From assembly GCA_944329465.1 (NCBI GenBank), contig CALVII010000001.1:1-60645 (forward strand): a stretch of 60,645 nucleotides of DNA, in the 5' to 3' direction. This document shows, piece by piece, positions 47,980-57,678 of this stretch. The notes below the pieces were generated by a model. The model saw only the letters and a list, made by a program, of their open reading frames with translations, did no database searches and was not told the origin of the DNA. The position numbers were made by a program, and so were the translations under genes. This stretch comes from an uncultured Bacilli bacterium (GTDB lineage Bacteria; Bacillota_I; Bacilli_A; RF39; UBA660). Position 1 is the stretch's first letter, and the number at the start of each line of letters is the position of its first letter.

Positions 47980-49533
47980 TTATCTCAACTTCCTTAATGT
48001 TTTATTCATTGCACCCATATGATCAACTATATCTTCTCTCTCTAAAGCTGTAGTAACACGACCAATTAATTTTTCTTCATCTGGAAATGAAATTGACTGT
48101 CCTAAAATAATCTTAATTCTTTCTTGCTCAAACATATATTTTAAAAGTTCTATTTCTGACGTAATAACCCTACCGTCTGCTTCTTTATTCTTTAATTCTG
48201 TATAATCAAGTAGTGCGAAAAATCCAGATTCAGGCATACTGTTATTTACAAAATGAACATTTGGAATACCATCTAATAATTCTTCTACATTAAAATCAGA
48301 ACTTGCATATTTTTTTATATCTTTTTCTACAGATTCTCTAGTAGCAAAATCTTCAATTGCATCTATACCTTCTACCATTCCTTTAAGTAATTCCAATCTA
48401 TATTTATATTCTGTAATTATAGGTTCAAAATACTTGTTATATTCTTGATACCTTTCGGAAGTGGCATTGAATGCTCCTGCTAAAGCCTTACCTTGAATCA
48501 CAGGCGATGAATCCATCTGCTGAAAAATGTAGTTTCTTACGCCTCTTATTATAGACTTATTTGCTACAATCATTCCCGCTCTTAAAGAAGCTAAACCATA
48601 GCATTTTGATAAACCCATCATTGTAATAGTATTATCAAAATACTTTTCTTTTGTTGCCATTGGTAATGATAAATTATCACGGTCAAATGTTAAATCCCTA
48701 TATATTATGTCATCAATAACAAATACTCCTTTATCAAGGCAAACATCACCAATTTTATACAATAACTCTTGATTACTAGCATTCATTACTTTTCCCATTG
48801 GATTATGAGGATTTTCATTTAGAAAAGCCACTACCTTAGGAATATATCCAAGTGAATCACCAAATTTTTGCTTTAAATTTTCATTAATTTCATCAATTCT
48901 TATTGCTAATTTTTCTGGATTCACACACCAATTATCATCTTCTGATAATGGTAATATTTCTACTGTTGCTCCAGCAGCTCTTTCAGGGACAAATGTAAAC
49001 AAACCATAATTAGGACCTGTCATTAAGATTACATCATATGGTCTAGCTATTAAATTCATAACAATATTAAATGCTTGTGTAGTTGAAAGAGTAAAAATAA
49101 TATTATCCTCATCTAATTGATATGGGGCTTTAAAACCTTCTTTTTCTAAATATTTCACAATCTCTTTTCTTGCTTCTTCATCTCCAGCAGCCATCGGATA
49201 TTCTGACATATCATCCAAATTAATTGCCTCTAACATCTTTTCTTTACACGGTGGAAAAATAGGAGTTTTCATGGGGCTACCACCGCCCAATGATCTAGTA
49301 TTTAAATTTTTGATTTTATCATTTTCTAATTGATATAAATCATTACCATATATAGAAAAAGCATCATAAATTTTTCTAACTTCTGTTGAAAAAGGACCTC
49401 CATCTAATCTAGTACCCAAATTAGGTAACCCTCTTACTTTTTCCCTTAATAATTGATTTTTTTCCAAAAAACTTTCAAGCGCTTTGGAATTAGTAGACAT
49501 AATATCACTTCTTTCTGCGATACTATTATACAT
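47980..49533 (-). CDS. PLP-dependent aminotransferase, class I/II fold, long form (517 aa)
   Basis: NPHNPMG, VIDDIIYRD, GLSKCYGLASLRAGM. Paralog of the 39494-41014 product, with the same approximately 90-aa N-terminal extension. Confidence 0.8.
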   Translation of the reverse strand: MYNSIAERSDIMSTNSKALESFLEKNQLLREKVRGLPNLGTRLDGGPFSTEVRKIYDAFSIYGNDLYQLENDKIKNLNTRSLGGGSPMKTPIFPPCKEKMLEAINLDDMSEYPMAAGDEEARKEIVKYLEKEGFKAPYQLDEDNIIFTLSTTQAFNIVMNLIARPYDVILMTGPNYGLFTFVPERAAGATVEILPLSEDDNWCVNPEKLAIRIDEINENLKQKFGDSLGYIPKVVAFLNENPHNPMGKVMNASNQELLYKIGDVCLDKGVFVIDDIIYRDLTFDRDNLSLPMATKEKYFDNTITMMGLSKCYGLASLRAGMIVANKSIIRGVRNYIFQQMDSSPVIQGKALAGAFNATSERYQEYNKYFEPIITEYKYRLELLKGMVEGIDAIEDFATRESVEKDIKKYASSDFNVEELLDGIPNVHFVNNSMPESGFFALLDYTELKNKEADGRVITSEIELLKYMFEQERIKIILGQSISFPDEEKLIGRVTTALEREDIVDHMGAMNKTLRKLR

Positions 49534-49636
49534 TTATATATCAATAAAATAAAATATCAATTTTAAATACATCATATAACATTTTTAAATATGTTTGTTT
49601 ACTAATAAAAAAATAAATCATAATTGACTTATTTTT

Positions 49637-50146
49637 TTAGTTAATATATGACATAATTTCATTATTAATTCTCTCAATAAGATAATAAGAAATTTCCCCA
49701 TTATTACACATTTTTACTATTTCTTGTTTATCTATAAATTTTGCTTCTGTCGCACTATAATCATTAAAAGAAATATTTTTAATATCAATTTCATCGAATA
49801 AAATACAAGTTATGTATGCATATCTATAAGGATTTCTTTTTACTGGGGGATATATTTTTTTATGTTCAATTGAACATGAACTGCCTATTTTTTGATTTAT
49901 AATTCGAGCAATAGCAGTTTCTATAGTTTCACCATGACATAAATTTCCTCCAATGCAAGACCAGCTTCCAGGATAACGTTTTGAATAATCAAGAGAATTT
50001 TTTATTAACAATACTTCCTTTTTTTTGTTAATTATCCAAATTTCTAAAGAAATATGGTAATAATTATCCGGAACCCTTTCTTTATTAGAAATTGTTTTAT
50101 CAATCTTATTCAAGTTCTCATCATATAAATCCCATGTTTCCATCAT
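49637..50146 (-). CDS. Nudix-fold protein with degenerate catalytic box
   Basis: GNLCHGETIETAIARIINQKIGS keeps Gx5Ex7R, but REUxEE reads RIINQK, so three metal-binding Glu are lost. The start overlaps the LysR stop by 4 nt. Confidence 0.65.
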   Translation of the reverse strand: MMETWDLYDENLNKIDKTISNKERVPDNYYHISLEIWIINKKKEVLLIKNSLDYSKRYPGSWSCIGGNLCHGETIETAIARIINQKIGSSCSIEHKKIYPPVKRNPYRYAYITCILFDEIDIKNISFNDYSATEAKFIDKQEIVKMCNNGEISYYLIERINNEIMSYIN

Positions 50147-51033
50147 TTCATCTCCTCAGTAATATAATTTTTTAACAACTTAATAAAATTATACACTATT
50201 TGGGTATTTTTTGTATATGCAATTGATAAAACATCTTTAAAAATATCCTCCTTAATATTAATAATATATAAAGATTTATCTTGCAAAAACTTTTTTAACA
50301 ACAACTTATTAGAAAAACCTATTCCAACATTTTCTTGTACTAATTTATAATATAAATCAGATTCATTAACATTAACTATTTCTAAAAAACTAACATCATT
50401 TTCATAACAAAAACGTTTAAATTTTCCTGCTTTTAATGATGGTTTATAAGCTATAAATGGTACAGTATCTATTTCACTAACCGAGTTTACATTTTTATAA
50501 TCACTTAATGCTTCGTTTCCACAAATAAAGCAATTTTCTATTTCACATACAACCTCTGTCTTCACATTTTCCAATTGGCTAATATAATCATTATCATCTA
50601 TAACTATATCATATTGACCGTTTTTTACTTTATTAAAATCCAACTTCGAATATAAATCAATGTTTATTTTAATATTTGGATATGCGTTTCTAAATGTTTT
50701 TAAAAAATCAGATAATATTATTTTACCATAACTATATCTAATTCCAATATTAATTTCCAAATATTTTTTCTCATTAGTTAAAAAATCAATGTTTTTTTCA
50801 ATACTTTCAAAAACTGGCTTTAATATTTCGAATAATTGATAACCTTCTCCAGTCAAAGTAAATTGCTTATTACTTCTATCTATAAGTGTTTTATTTAACT
50901 GTGATTCTAAATTTTTAATACTTAAACTTAAGGAAGGTTGAGCAACATTTAAGTTTTTAGAAGCATTTGTAACACCATTATATAAAACTACATAATAAAA
51001 ATATTTAAACAAATTAAAGTTAAAATTGTCCAT
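50143..51033 (-). CDS. LysR-type transcriptional regulator
   Basis: N-terminal wHTH FKYFYYVVLYNGVTNASKNLNVAQPSLSLSIKNLE, followed by an approximately 200-aa periplasmic-binding-protein-like effector domain. Confidence 0.85.
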   Translation of the reverse strand: MDNFNFNLFKYFYYVVLYNGVTNASKNLNVAQPSLSLSIKNLESQLNKTLIDRSNKQFTLTGEGYQLFEILKPVFESIEKNIDFLTNEKKYLEINIGIRYSYGKIILSDFLKTFRNAYPNIKINIDLYSKLDFNKVKNGQYDIVIDDNDYISQLENVKTEVVCEIENCFICGNEALSDYKNVNSVSEIDTVPFIAYKPSLKAGKFKRFCYENDVSFLEIVNVNESDLYYKLVQENVGIGFSNKLLLKKFLQDKSLYIINIKEDIFKDVLSIAYTKNTQIVYNFIKLLKNYITEEMK

Positions 51034-51323
51034 ATCAATACATTTTCCTTTCTAAATAATATTTAAGTAAAATCTGCATACTATCCTTATATTTTCTAAA
51101 GAAAGTAAAAAAACAATTTCTCATATCTAAGATTTATTAAAATAAACACAATCAATATAATTGTATCATATTCTGTCATAGTTAGCCTTTCTTTTTAGCT
51201 ATTTTCAAAATTTCTTCTTTTTTTCACTATACCACCTACTAATAAAATTATATCACTTGTATTTTTTGATAGTAAATAGTATTTGTTCACATTTTTTTAC
51301 CTTTATGTGCATGAATGCTAACG

Positions 51324-51434
51324 TTACTTTTTAAATTCAAAATTAGAAAAAATAATTTCATAAGTAACATTTTTTATATTTAATTTTTCACCCTCTATAT
51401 TTAATATACGACGTAAATTAATCATTTCCTTTTT
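51324..51434 (-). pseudogene. Copy C of the promoter-like motif attached to a decayed 5' stub of an ABC ATPase gene
   Basis: Minus strand AAAAAGGAAATGATTAATTTACGTCGTATATTAAATATAGAGGGTGA. It is followed by AAT where copy B has ATG, and then by ...LNIKNVTYEII...* (compare MEVLNVSDLCKIY of the 16510-17202 product). Confidence 0.35.
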
Positions 51435-51456
51435 CTAACCATGAAAAAAAGAGGTT

Positions 51457-52605
51457 TTAAGCCTCTGATAATGGATTTATCTTAATATCTTTATCATACA
51501 TTCTAACAACCTCACTATATTTATTATAAAGTCTTTGGTAATCACTATTGTAAGAAACATTCATTTGACTAAATGGAATCACCTTAAAATTCGTCCAGCG
51601 ACTACCTTTTTGATAATAATTATATAAAAGTTCATTTTGTAAATTATCTAATTTAATATTAACCTTGCCACCTTGTTCTTCTTTAATAACATCTATAGAG
51701 CTCATAAGCTCTACCATCTTATTATAATCATTATTTGTACTTTGAGCCGATATAAAATTACCAAGTGAATAAATAACTAGTGTATCACCAATATAGGTAA
51801 TTGGTTGAATAACATGCGGATGAGTTCCAATAATTATATCCACTCCTAAAGAAGATAAATAATTGGCCTGTCTTTTTTGCTCTTCGGTTGGCTCTGCTTG
51901 ATATTCCGTCCCCCAGTGCATAGATACAATTAATAAATCCACTTTATCTCTAACCTTTTCTATATCTTCTTTAACTTTTTCATCACTATATAAATTAACT
52001 AAATATTCTTTGCCACTTGGAACTGGTATTCCATTTGTACCATAAGTATAAGCTAATAATGTATATTTTATGCCATTTTTCTCTTTTATTCTTATCTCGT
52101 TTGCTTCCTCATTAGAAGAATAACTACCAGCCGTTAAAACATCTTTTTCTTTCCAATATTCACATGAACTAATAACCGCCTTTTCTCCCTTATCTAAAGT
52201 ATGATTATTAGCTAAAGACACCATATTAAACCCAGCATCTATCATAGCATCGCCAAACTCCTGAGGAGAATTAAAAGTTGGATAATTCGAAAGTCCAAGT
52301 GAAGTACCACCTAAAATACTCTCTTGATTATAAAAAGCTAAATCATAATTTTGAATAATAGGTTTAATATATTCTAACTGTTTTTTAAAATCATATACAC
52401 CATTTTGATAACCATCATTATATAAAGAGCTATGTAGTAAAGCATCCCCTACCATAACTAAGGATAATTTACTAGTTTTTACCTTTTGTACCTCTTCAGT
52501 TTTTTCTTGTTTCAAATCACTTTGAGGTTCTTTTTTAAATAAATATAGTCCAGATAAAATAATTAATAAAGTTAAAATAATAAATAAAACAAACTTCTTT
52601 CTCAT
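51457..52605 (-). CDS. CapA/PgsA-family metallophosphoesterase-like membrane-anchored protein
   Basis: N-terminal TM, MVGDALLHS, ANNHTLDKG, SMHWGTEY and GTHPHVIQP blocks. Confidence 0.8.
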   Translation of the reverse strand: MRKKFVLFIILTLLIILSGLYLFKKEPQSDLKQEKTEEVQKVKTSKLSLVMVGDALLHSSLYNDGYQNGVYDFKKQLEYIKPIIQNYDLAFYNQESILGGTSLGLSNYPTFNSPQEFGDAMIDAGFNMVSLANNHTLDKGEKAVISSCEYWKEKDVLTAGSYSSNEEANEIRIKEKNGIKYTLLAYTYGTNGIPVPSGKEYLVNLYSDEKVKEDIEKVRDKVDLLIVSMHWGTEYQAEPTEEQKRQANYLSSLGVDIIIGTHPHVIQPITYIGDTLVIYSLGNFISAQSTNNDYNKMVELMSSIDVIKEEQGGKVNIKLDNLQNELLYNYYQKGSRWTNFKVIPFSQMNVSYNSDYQRLYNKYSEVVRMYDKDIKINPLSEA

Positions 52606-52608
52606 ATT

Positions 52609-52884
52609 TTAAAAACTGCAGCTTCCACCCTGTAAACTCACGTAGTTTTTCAAAGCTTCCTTTCCTTCGGTATTTGAATTAAAACTCGTAAAATAAGTTC
52701 CGTTTATCTCGTCTATCACACTTCTACTTTGAGCTTGTCCATCTAATTTATAAGATGTAATCATACCATCTTTCATAGTAAATATAGCTTCTTTGCCATC
52801 AATTAAACAATTAAACTCTTCACCTTTATCGCCACATCCAGTTAATACAAAACCTAACATCATCACAATAATTATCTTTTTCAT
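52609..52884 (-). CDS. Small lipoprotein
   Basis: Lipobox VLTGC after a hydrophobic signal. The ATG at 52884 follows GAGGAGAGG. Confidence 0.6.
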   Translation of the reverse strand: MKKIIIVMMLGFVLTGCGDKGEEFNCLIDGKEAIFTMKDGMITSYKLDGQAQSRSVIDEINGTYFTSFNSNTEGKEALKNYVSLQGGSCSF

Positions 52885-52895
52885 ATTTCCTCTCC

Positions 52896-54455
52896 TCACA
52901 TTAATGGGGCAAAAGCTTTTAAAACTTGTCTTTTTAAATATTTAAACCAGCCTGTCTTGCCCTTCTTTTTTAATTTTATCTCCCGGCACTCTTTAAGTGT
53001 CAAAGTAAAATCTTTTTTAATAGTAAAAATTACTGAACAATCATATAACCAAACACCACATTCAAAGTGTAAATACAAACTGCGATAATCTAAATTAACT
53101 GTACCAATCGTCGCATATTCGTCATCGATCACAAATATTTTCTCATGAATAAAACCTTTAGTATATTCGTATATCTTAACACCATTTTCAAGTAAAACAT
53201 CATAATAAGCTTTAGTAACCTCATTAACTAACTTTTTATCTGGTATACCAGGTGTTATTATCCGAACATCCACCCCTCTTTTAGCCGCCATAGTTAAGGC
53301 CGTAATCATTTCATTATCTAAAACTAAATATGGAGTTGTAATATAAATATATCTATTAGCTTTCCCAATCAAATTCAAATATACTGTCTCACCAACCGCT
53401 TCATTATTCCAAGGACTATCACTGTATGGTATTACAAAGCCATCTGATGAAGTTTCATATTCATAGTTTGAACGATATTTCTCATAATCTTCATTTTCCT
53501 CTTTAATAAAGTCCCACATTGATAAAAACATTACTGTAAAATTCCAAACAGCTTCACCTTCTAACATAATACCATTATCTTTCCAGTGACCAAACCTTAC
53601 TTTCTCACCAATATATTCATCAGCTAAATTTATTCCCCCAGTAAAAGCAATATGTCCATCTATAATAGCTATCTTTCGGTGATCACGGTTATTGAATTTA
53701 GATTTCAAATTAGGTACAAAAGGATTAAATATAGCAACGCTTATTCCTTCTTTTTCTAAGGTTTTATCATAGTGATTTGGTAGAGTCATTATACACCCAA
53801 AATCATCATAAATCACTCTAACCTCTACCCCTTCACGTACTTTTTGTTTTAAAACCTCTAAAATAGTATTCCACATTTTTCCCTGTCCTATGATAAAATA
53901 TTCCAAAAATATATATTTTTTAGCCATTTTAATCGCACTCAACAACCTATCGAAATAAATCTTACCATTTGATAAATAAGTTGTTTTTGTGTGTTTACAC
54001 ACATTCGATAAAGAATAATCACTTATATATTTAACCTGATTATATGCAGATAAATTTTCATATCTAAGTTCATTCATAACAATATTATGGTTATCTTTAT
54101 ATTTTAACTGCTTATAATATATATTTTTCATTTTCTCTTTTTGCCTTTTATTTAATTGATTACCACCAAACAACAAATATAGAAACAGTCCAAATATCGG
54201 AAATAACATAATCGGAATAATCCAAGCTATTTTATATCCGGGATTCGCATTACTGTTTACAATGTGCAGGACAAACAATAAACTTAAAAGACTACATATA
54301 ATGTAAAAGATTATAAAATAATTATAAAATTCAAAAGTCATTATAAAAAGAATCACTATTTGAATAATCATAAGTAGTGGAACCAAAAACACCCTATGAC
54401 CTAATAAATTCAAATGTTTTTTCATAAACTTTATCATGTTATCACCAAACTTCAC
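52896..54455 (-). CDS. cls: Cardiolipin synthase
   Basis: Two N-terminal TM helices and two HKD motifs (HRKIAIIDG...GGINL and HEKIFVIDD...GTVNLD). Confidence 0.9.
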   Translation of the reverse strand: MKFGDNMIKFMKKHLNLLGHRVFLVPLLMIIQIVILFIMTFEFYNYFIIFYIICSLLSLLFVLHIVNSNANPGYKIAWIIPIMLFPIFGLFLYLLFGGNQLNKRQKEKMKNIYYKQLKYKDNHNIVMNELRYENLSAYNQVKYISDYSLSNVCKHTKTTYLSNGKIYFDRLLSAIKMAKKYIFLEYFIIGQGKMWNTILEVLKQKVREGVEVRVIYDDFGCIMTLPNHYDKTLEKEGISVAIFNPFVPNLKSKFNNRDHRKIAIIDGHIAFTGGINLADEYIGEKVRFGHWKDNGIMLEGEAVWNFTVMFLSMWDFIKEENEDYEKYRSNYEYETSSDGFVIPYSDSPWNNEAVGETVYLNLIGKANRYIYITTPYLVLDNEMITALTMAAKRGVDVRIITPGIPDKKLVNEVTKAYYDVLLENGVKIYEYTKGFIHEKIFVIDDEYATIGTVNLDYRSLYLHFECGVWLYDCSVIFTIKKDFTLTLKECREIKLKKKGKTGWFKYLKRQVLKAFAPLM

Positions 54456-54544
54456 TTTGATTATACCCTATTTTAATCAGTTTGACAATTAATATATAAA
54501 TGATATACTATGTGTTAGTTATGTGAATTATTTGTGAGGTGTAT

Positions 54545-55189
54545 ATGAAACAAAAAGAAGTGTTCGCAAAAGGGGTTTGTTTTAAAAAAGCTCTTTGGAT
54601 ATTCCTTGTTGGATCTATATTTGGTGTAATTATGGAAACTATTATCAGTTATTTTCAGTATGGAGCTTTTGAAAGCAGGCGTGGTTTAATCTATGGTCCA
54701 TTAAATCCTGTCTACGGTTTTGGAGCTGTCATTTTTATGATATTCTTAGTTAAATATAAAAACCCATTAAAAGTTTTTTTTGGCGGAATGCTTTTAGGAG
54801 GTGGTTTTGAATATTTCTGTTCACTTATTCAAGAAGTAATCTTTGGAACCACTTCTTGGGATTATAGTGCCTATGCTTTTAATATAGATGGTAGGACAAG
54901 CTTGTCCATTATGATATGTTGGGGTCTTATCGCTTTACTATTTGTCTTTGTGATTTATCCGCCAATTTCTAAATTAATTGAAAAATTACCTATTAGAATC
55001 GGTAATATTTTGTCTATTTTACTTATAATATTTTTACTTCTCGACTGTGCTATTTCTATTACTGCATGTCTAAGACAAACCGAAAGATCTAAAGGCATTG
55101 AACCTAATAATAAAATAGAAACATTCCTAGACAAACACTTTCCAGACGAAAGGCTAAACGCTATATTTGAAAATGCCAAAAGAAAATAA
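54545..55189 (+). CDS. Polytopic membrane protein (same family as 21008-21652)
   Basis: LIYGPLNPVYGFGAV block and 5-6 TM helices. The only plus-strand gene in this part of the window. Confidence 0.5.
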   Translation: MKQKEVFAKGVCFKKALWIFLVGSIFGVIMETIISYFQYGAFESRRGLIYGPLNPVYGFGAVIFMIFLVKYKNPLKVFFGGMLLGGGFEYFCSLIQEVIFGTTSWDYSAYAFNIDGRTSLSIMICWGLIALLFVFVIYPPISKLIEKLPIRIGNILSILLIIFLLLDCAISITACLRQTERSKGIEPNNKIETFLDKHFPDERLNAIFENAKRK

Positions 55190-55199
55190 AAACATCAAT

Positions 55200-57371
55200 T
55201 TACGATGTTTTTTCTTTTAGGGTTATTTTTACCACATTATCTCCAACCACATCTCCAGCTTTAATGCTTTGATCAGTAACATAGCCATAACCTTCTAATT
55301 CATATTTATATCCTAAAGTCTTCATTAAATAAATCGCATCACTTCTAGAATATCCAATTAAATTCGGCATTTTGCCTTGATCACCATTAGTAATTAAAAA
55401 TACCCGATCATAAGATAAAACGATTTCTCCTTCATTTGGATATTGATTAATTATTTTATCTCCATTACCGATAACTGCTACATTTATATGATTATCTTCC
55501 ATTATTTTCTTAACACCATTAACCTCTTTATTGACATAAGAATCTAATTTTAATGAGGTAACACTACTATTATTTTGCGTTACTTCCTCAAACATATTTC
55601 TGTATTTAGCAATATTCTTCATCAAATTATTTATAGATGTACTTAAAGTACTAGAAGAACCAACATTTGGTTGCTTAATAGCCGCATAAATAATTATCTC
55701 TGGATCTTCCTTCGGATACATTCCCGCAAATGAATAAATATAGTCGTTTGATCCTTTTAAATATCCACCGCTTTTTTCATCGTATATTTGTGAAGTTCCA
55801 GTCTTACCAATCACATTAAAACCATCAATGTGATATTTTTTTCCAGTTGCCTGTGGGTCGGAACTATTAACAACATTATCCATAAGATTTTTTATCTTAT
55901 CAATAGTACTTTGTTTAACTAATTTCGCACTTTTTTCAACTTTCCTTTTATATGTTGTTTTACCAGTGTTCGAATCAACAATCTTCTTAACAATATGTGG
56001 CGTTAATTCCTGGCCATCATTAGCAATCATCGACAAAGCTTTAAGATGCTGGATAGGAGTAGTTGTAATACCTTGACCAAAAGCCGCATTTGCTACTTCA
56101 ACTGGATATTTAAACCCTAAATTTCCAGCTAATTCCCTAGATAAATCAATACCCGTAGAAGTTCCAAAACCATATTTTTTAAAACAATCTTTCATTTCAT
56201 CCCTATTAATAAAATGATTTATCATCGTACTAACACCGACATTTGAAGAATACTCAAAACCCTTATCATAAGTTATAGTTCCCCATCCAGTATTATTCCA
56301 GTCACGAATAACCGCATCAGCCACTTCGATACTTCCTGATTTAAAAGTCTCATCTCCATTATATGTTCCCTTATCAATCGCACACATATAAGTATATATT
56401 TTCATAGTTGAACCAGGTTCAAAAGCATTTGATACTAATGGATTTTCATAACTAGTTATATCCCTTAAATTAGGGTTAAAAGATGGAGTTGAAGCACTAG
56501 CTAAAATATCACCCGTTTTCGCATCCATAACCGCAATCATTGACCACTCAGGCTCATATTCATTCTGCATATTTTTAACTTCCGTCTCGGCAAACCTTTG
56601 AATACTTGAATCTAAAGTTAAATAAATATCTTTACCATCTAAAGCATCAATACGTTCTTCCTTGGTATCGGGAATTTTATAACCAAACCGATCTTGTTGA
56701 TACATTAAATAGCCATCCGTTCCCTTTAGCTCATCATCAAATTTAGCTTCAATACCAAGTTCACCATCAATAGAAGAATTAGTCTTACCATTTTTATCTA
56801 TATATTCATTTGTTTTCGCATAACCTAAAATATAAGAAGCAAAATCACCATTTGGATAATATCTTTTATAACTTTCTTCAAAGTCAATTCCCGGTAAATT
56901 CAAAGCTTCAATCTCACTTTTTTTTAGTTCAGTTAAATTCTTGCCGACCGAACCAAACTCTATTTGATATTTCCCTTGATCCTTTCCTTTTTGCAGCATC
57001 TTTCTTAAGCTCTCTTCATCAGTCTCTAAGACTGGAGCCAAAGCTTCAGCCGTACCTTCGATATCCTTAACGTGATTTGTTTGGGTTTTCGTACTTCTTT
57101 CCTCATCTAAATAAGCTATCAAAGTATAAGAAGTAACATTTTGAGCCAAAACATTACCACTCATATCATAAATAGTTCCCCTTTTAGCTGTTAAAACTTT
57201 AGAAACAGTATTACGATTAGAAGCAAAAACCTTCATATTTCTTCCATTAATCGTTGGCGATAAAGCCAAAAAACAATAACGAACGAATAAAACTAAGATT
57301 AAAAACAAAAAAACAAGAAAGATTTTTCTTGGTGTTTTCCATTCAGCACTTTTTGTTTTATTCTTTGGCAT
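55200..57371 (-). CDS. pbpB: Division-specific class B penicillin-binding protein (PBP2B/FtsI) with two PASTA domains
   Basis: STMK, SSN and KTGT motifs. Two C-terminal PASTA repeats. Sits directly downstream of ftsL. Confidence 0.92.
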   Translation of the reverse strand: MPKNKTKSAEWKTPRKIFLVFLFLILVLFVRYCFLALSPTINGRNMKVFASNRNTVSKVLTAKRGTIYDMSGNVLAQNVTSYTLIAYLDEERSTKTQTNHVKDIEGTAEALAPVLETDEESLRKMLQKGKDQGKYQIEFGSVGKNLTELKKSEIEALNLPGIDFEESYKRYYPNGDFASYILGYAKTNEYIDKNGKTNSSIDGELGIEAKFDDELKGTDGYLMYQQDRFGYKIPDTKEERIDALDGKDIYLTLDSSIQRFAETEVKNMQNEYEPEWSMIAVMDAKTGDILASASTPSFNPNLRDITSYENPLVSNAFEPGSTMKIYTYMCAIDKGTYNGDETFKSGSIEVADAVIRDWNNTGWGTITYDKGFEYSSNVGVSTMINHFINRDEMKDCFKKYGFGTSTGIDLSRELAGNLGFKYPVEVANAAFGQGITTTPIQHLKALSMIANDGQELTPHIVKKIVDSNTGKTTYKRKVEKSAKLVKQSTIDKIKNLMDNVVNSSDPQATGKKYHIDGFNVIGKTGTSQIYDEKSGGYLKGSNDYIYSFAGMYPKEDPEIIIYAAIKQPNVGSSSTLSTSINNLMKNIAKYRNMFEEVTQNNSSVTSLKLDSYVNKEVNGVKKIMEDNHINVAVIGNGDKIINQYPNEGEIVLSYDRVFLITNGDQGKMPNLIGYSRSDAIYLMKTLGYKYELEGYGYVTDQSIKAGDVVGDNVVKITLKEKTS

Positions 57372-57383
57372 TTAACCACCACC

Positions 57384-57677
57384 TTATTTATCTATAACAA
57401 TTATATTATCATTATTATACGCTAGTCCCATTTCTTTGACAACTTTTTGAACATTTTCAAAAGATGTAAGCTCATTTACTTTCATAGTTAAACTTTCATT
57501 AGTCTTCTCTTGCTGATCAATATTATATTTCATCTCTTCAATACTCATTTTCATTTCTCCAATAGATGCCCCACAAAAAATTTTAAGCCCAAGCATAACG
57601 AAAAAAGCTAAAGTGGCATAACAGTATAGCATTCTCTCTCCTTTAGTAATTTTTGCTTTGTTTTTCTTTCTAGCCAT
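57384..57677 (-). CDS. ftsL: Cell division protein FtsL
   Basis: 97 aa with a basic N-terminus, one TM and a coiled coil. Lies between rsmH and the PBP gene. Confidence 0.7.
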   Translation of the reverse strand: MARKKNKAKITKGERMLYCYATLAFFVMLGLKIFCGASIGEMKMSIEEMKYNIDQQEKTNESLTMKVNELTSFENVQKVVKEMGLAYNNDNIIVIDK

Positions 57678-57678
57678 A

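Noticed and set aside
29510-51033. Possibility of an intact prophage or ICE
   Set aside because: I saw no capsid, terminase, portal, tail, relaxase, coupling-protein or type IV secretion genes. The only mobility genes are a probably defective recombinase and a truncated helicase.
45110-52605. Idea that the CapA-family gene plus the ATP-grasp ligases form a poly-gamma-glutamate system
   Set aside because: No PgsB (Mur-ligase-like) or PgsC homologue is present. The capA-like gene is separated from the cluster by a terminator, about 420 bp of non-coding DNA and the ABC stub. It groups instead with the lipoprotein and cls genes.
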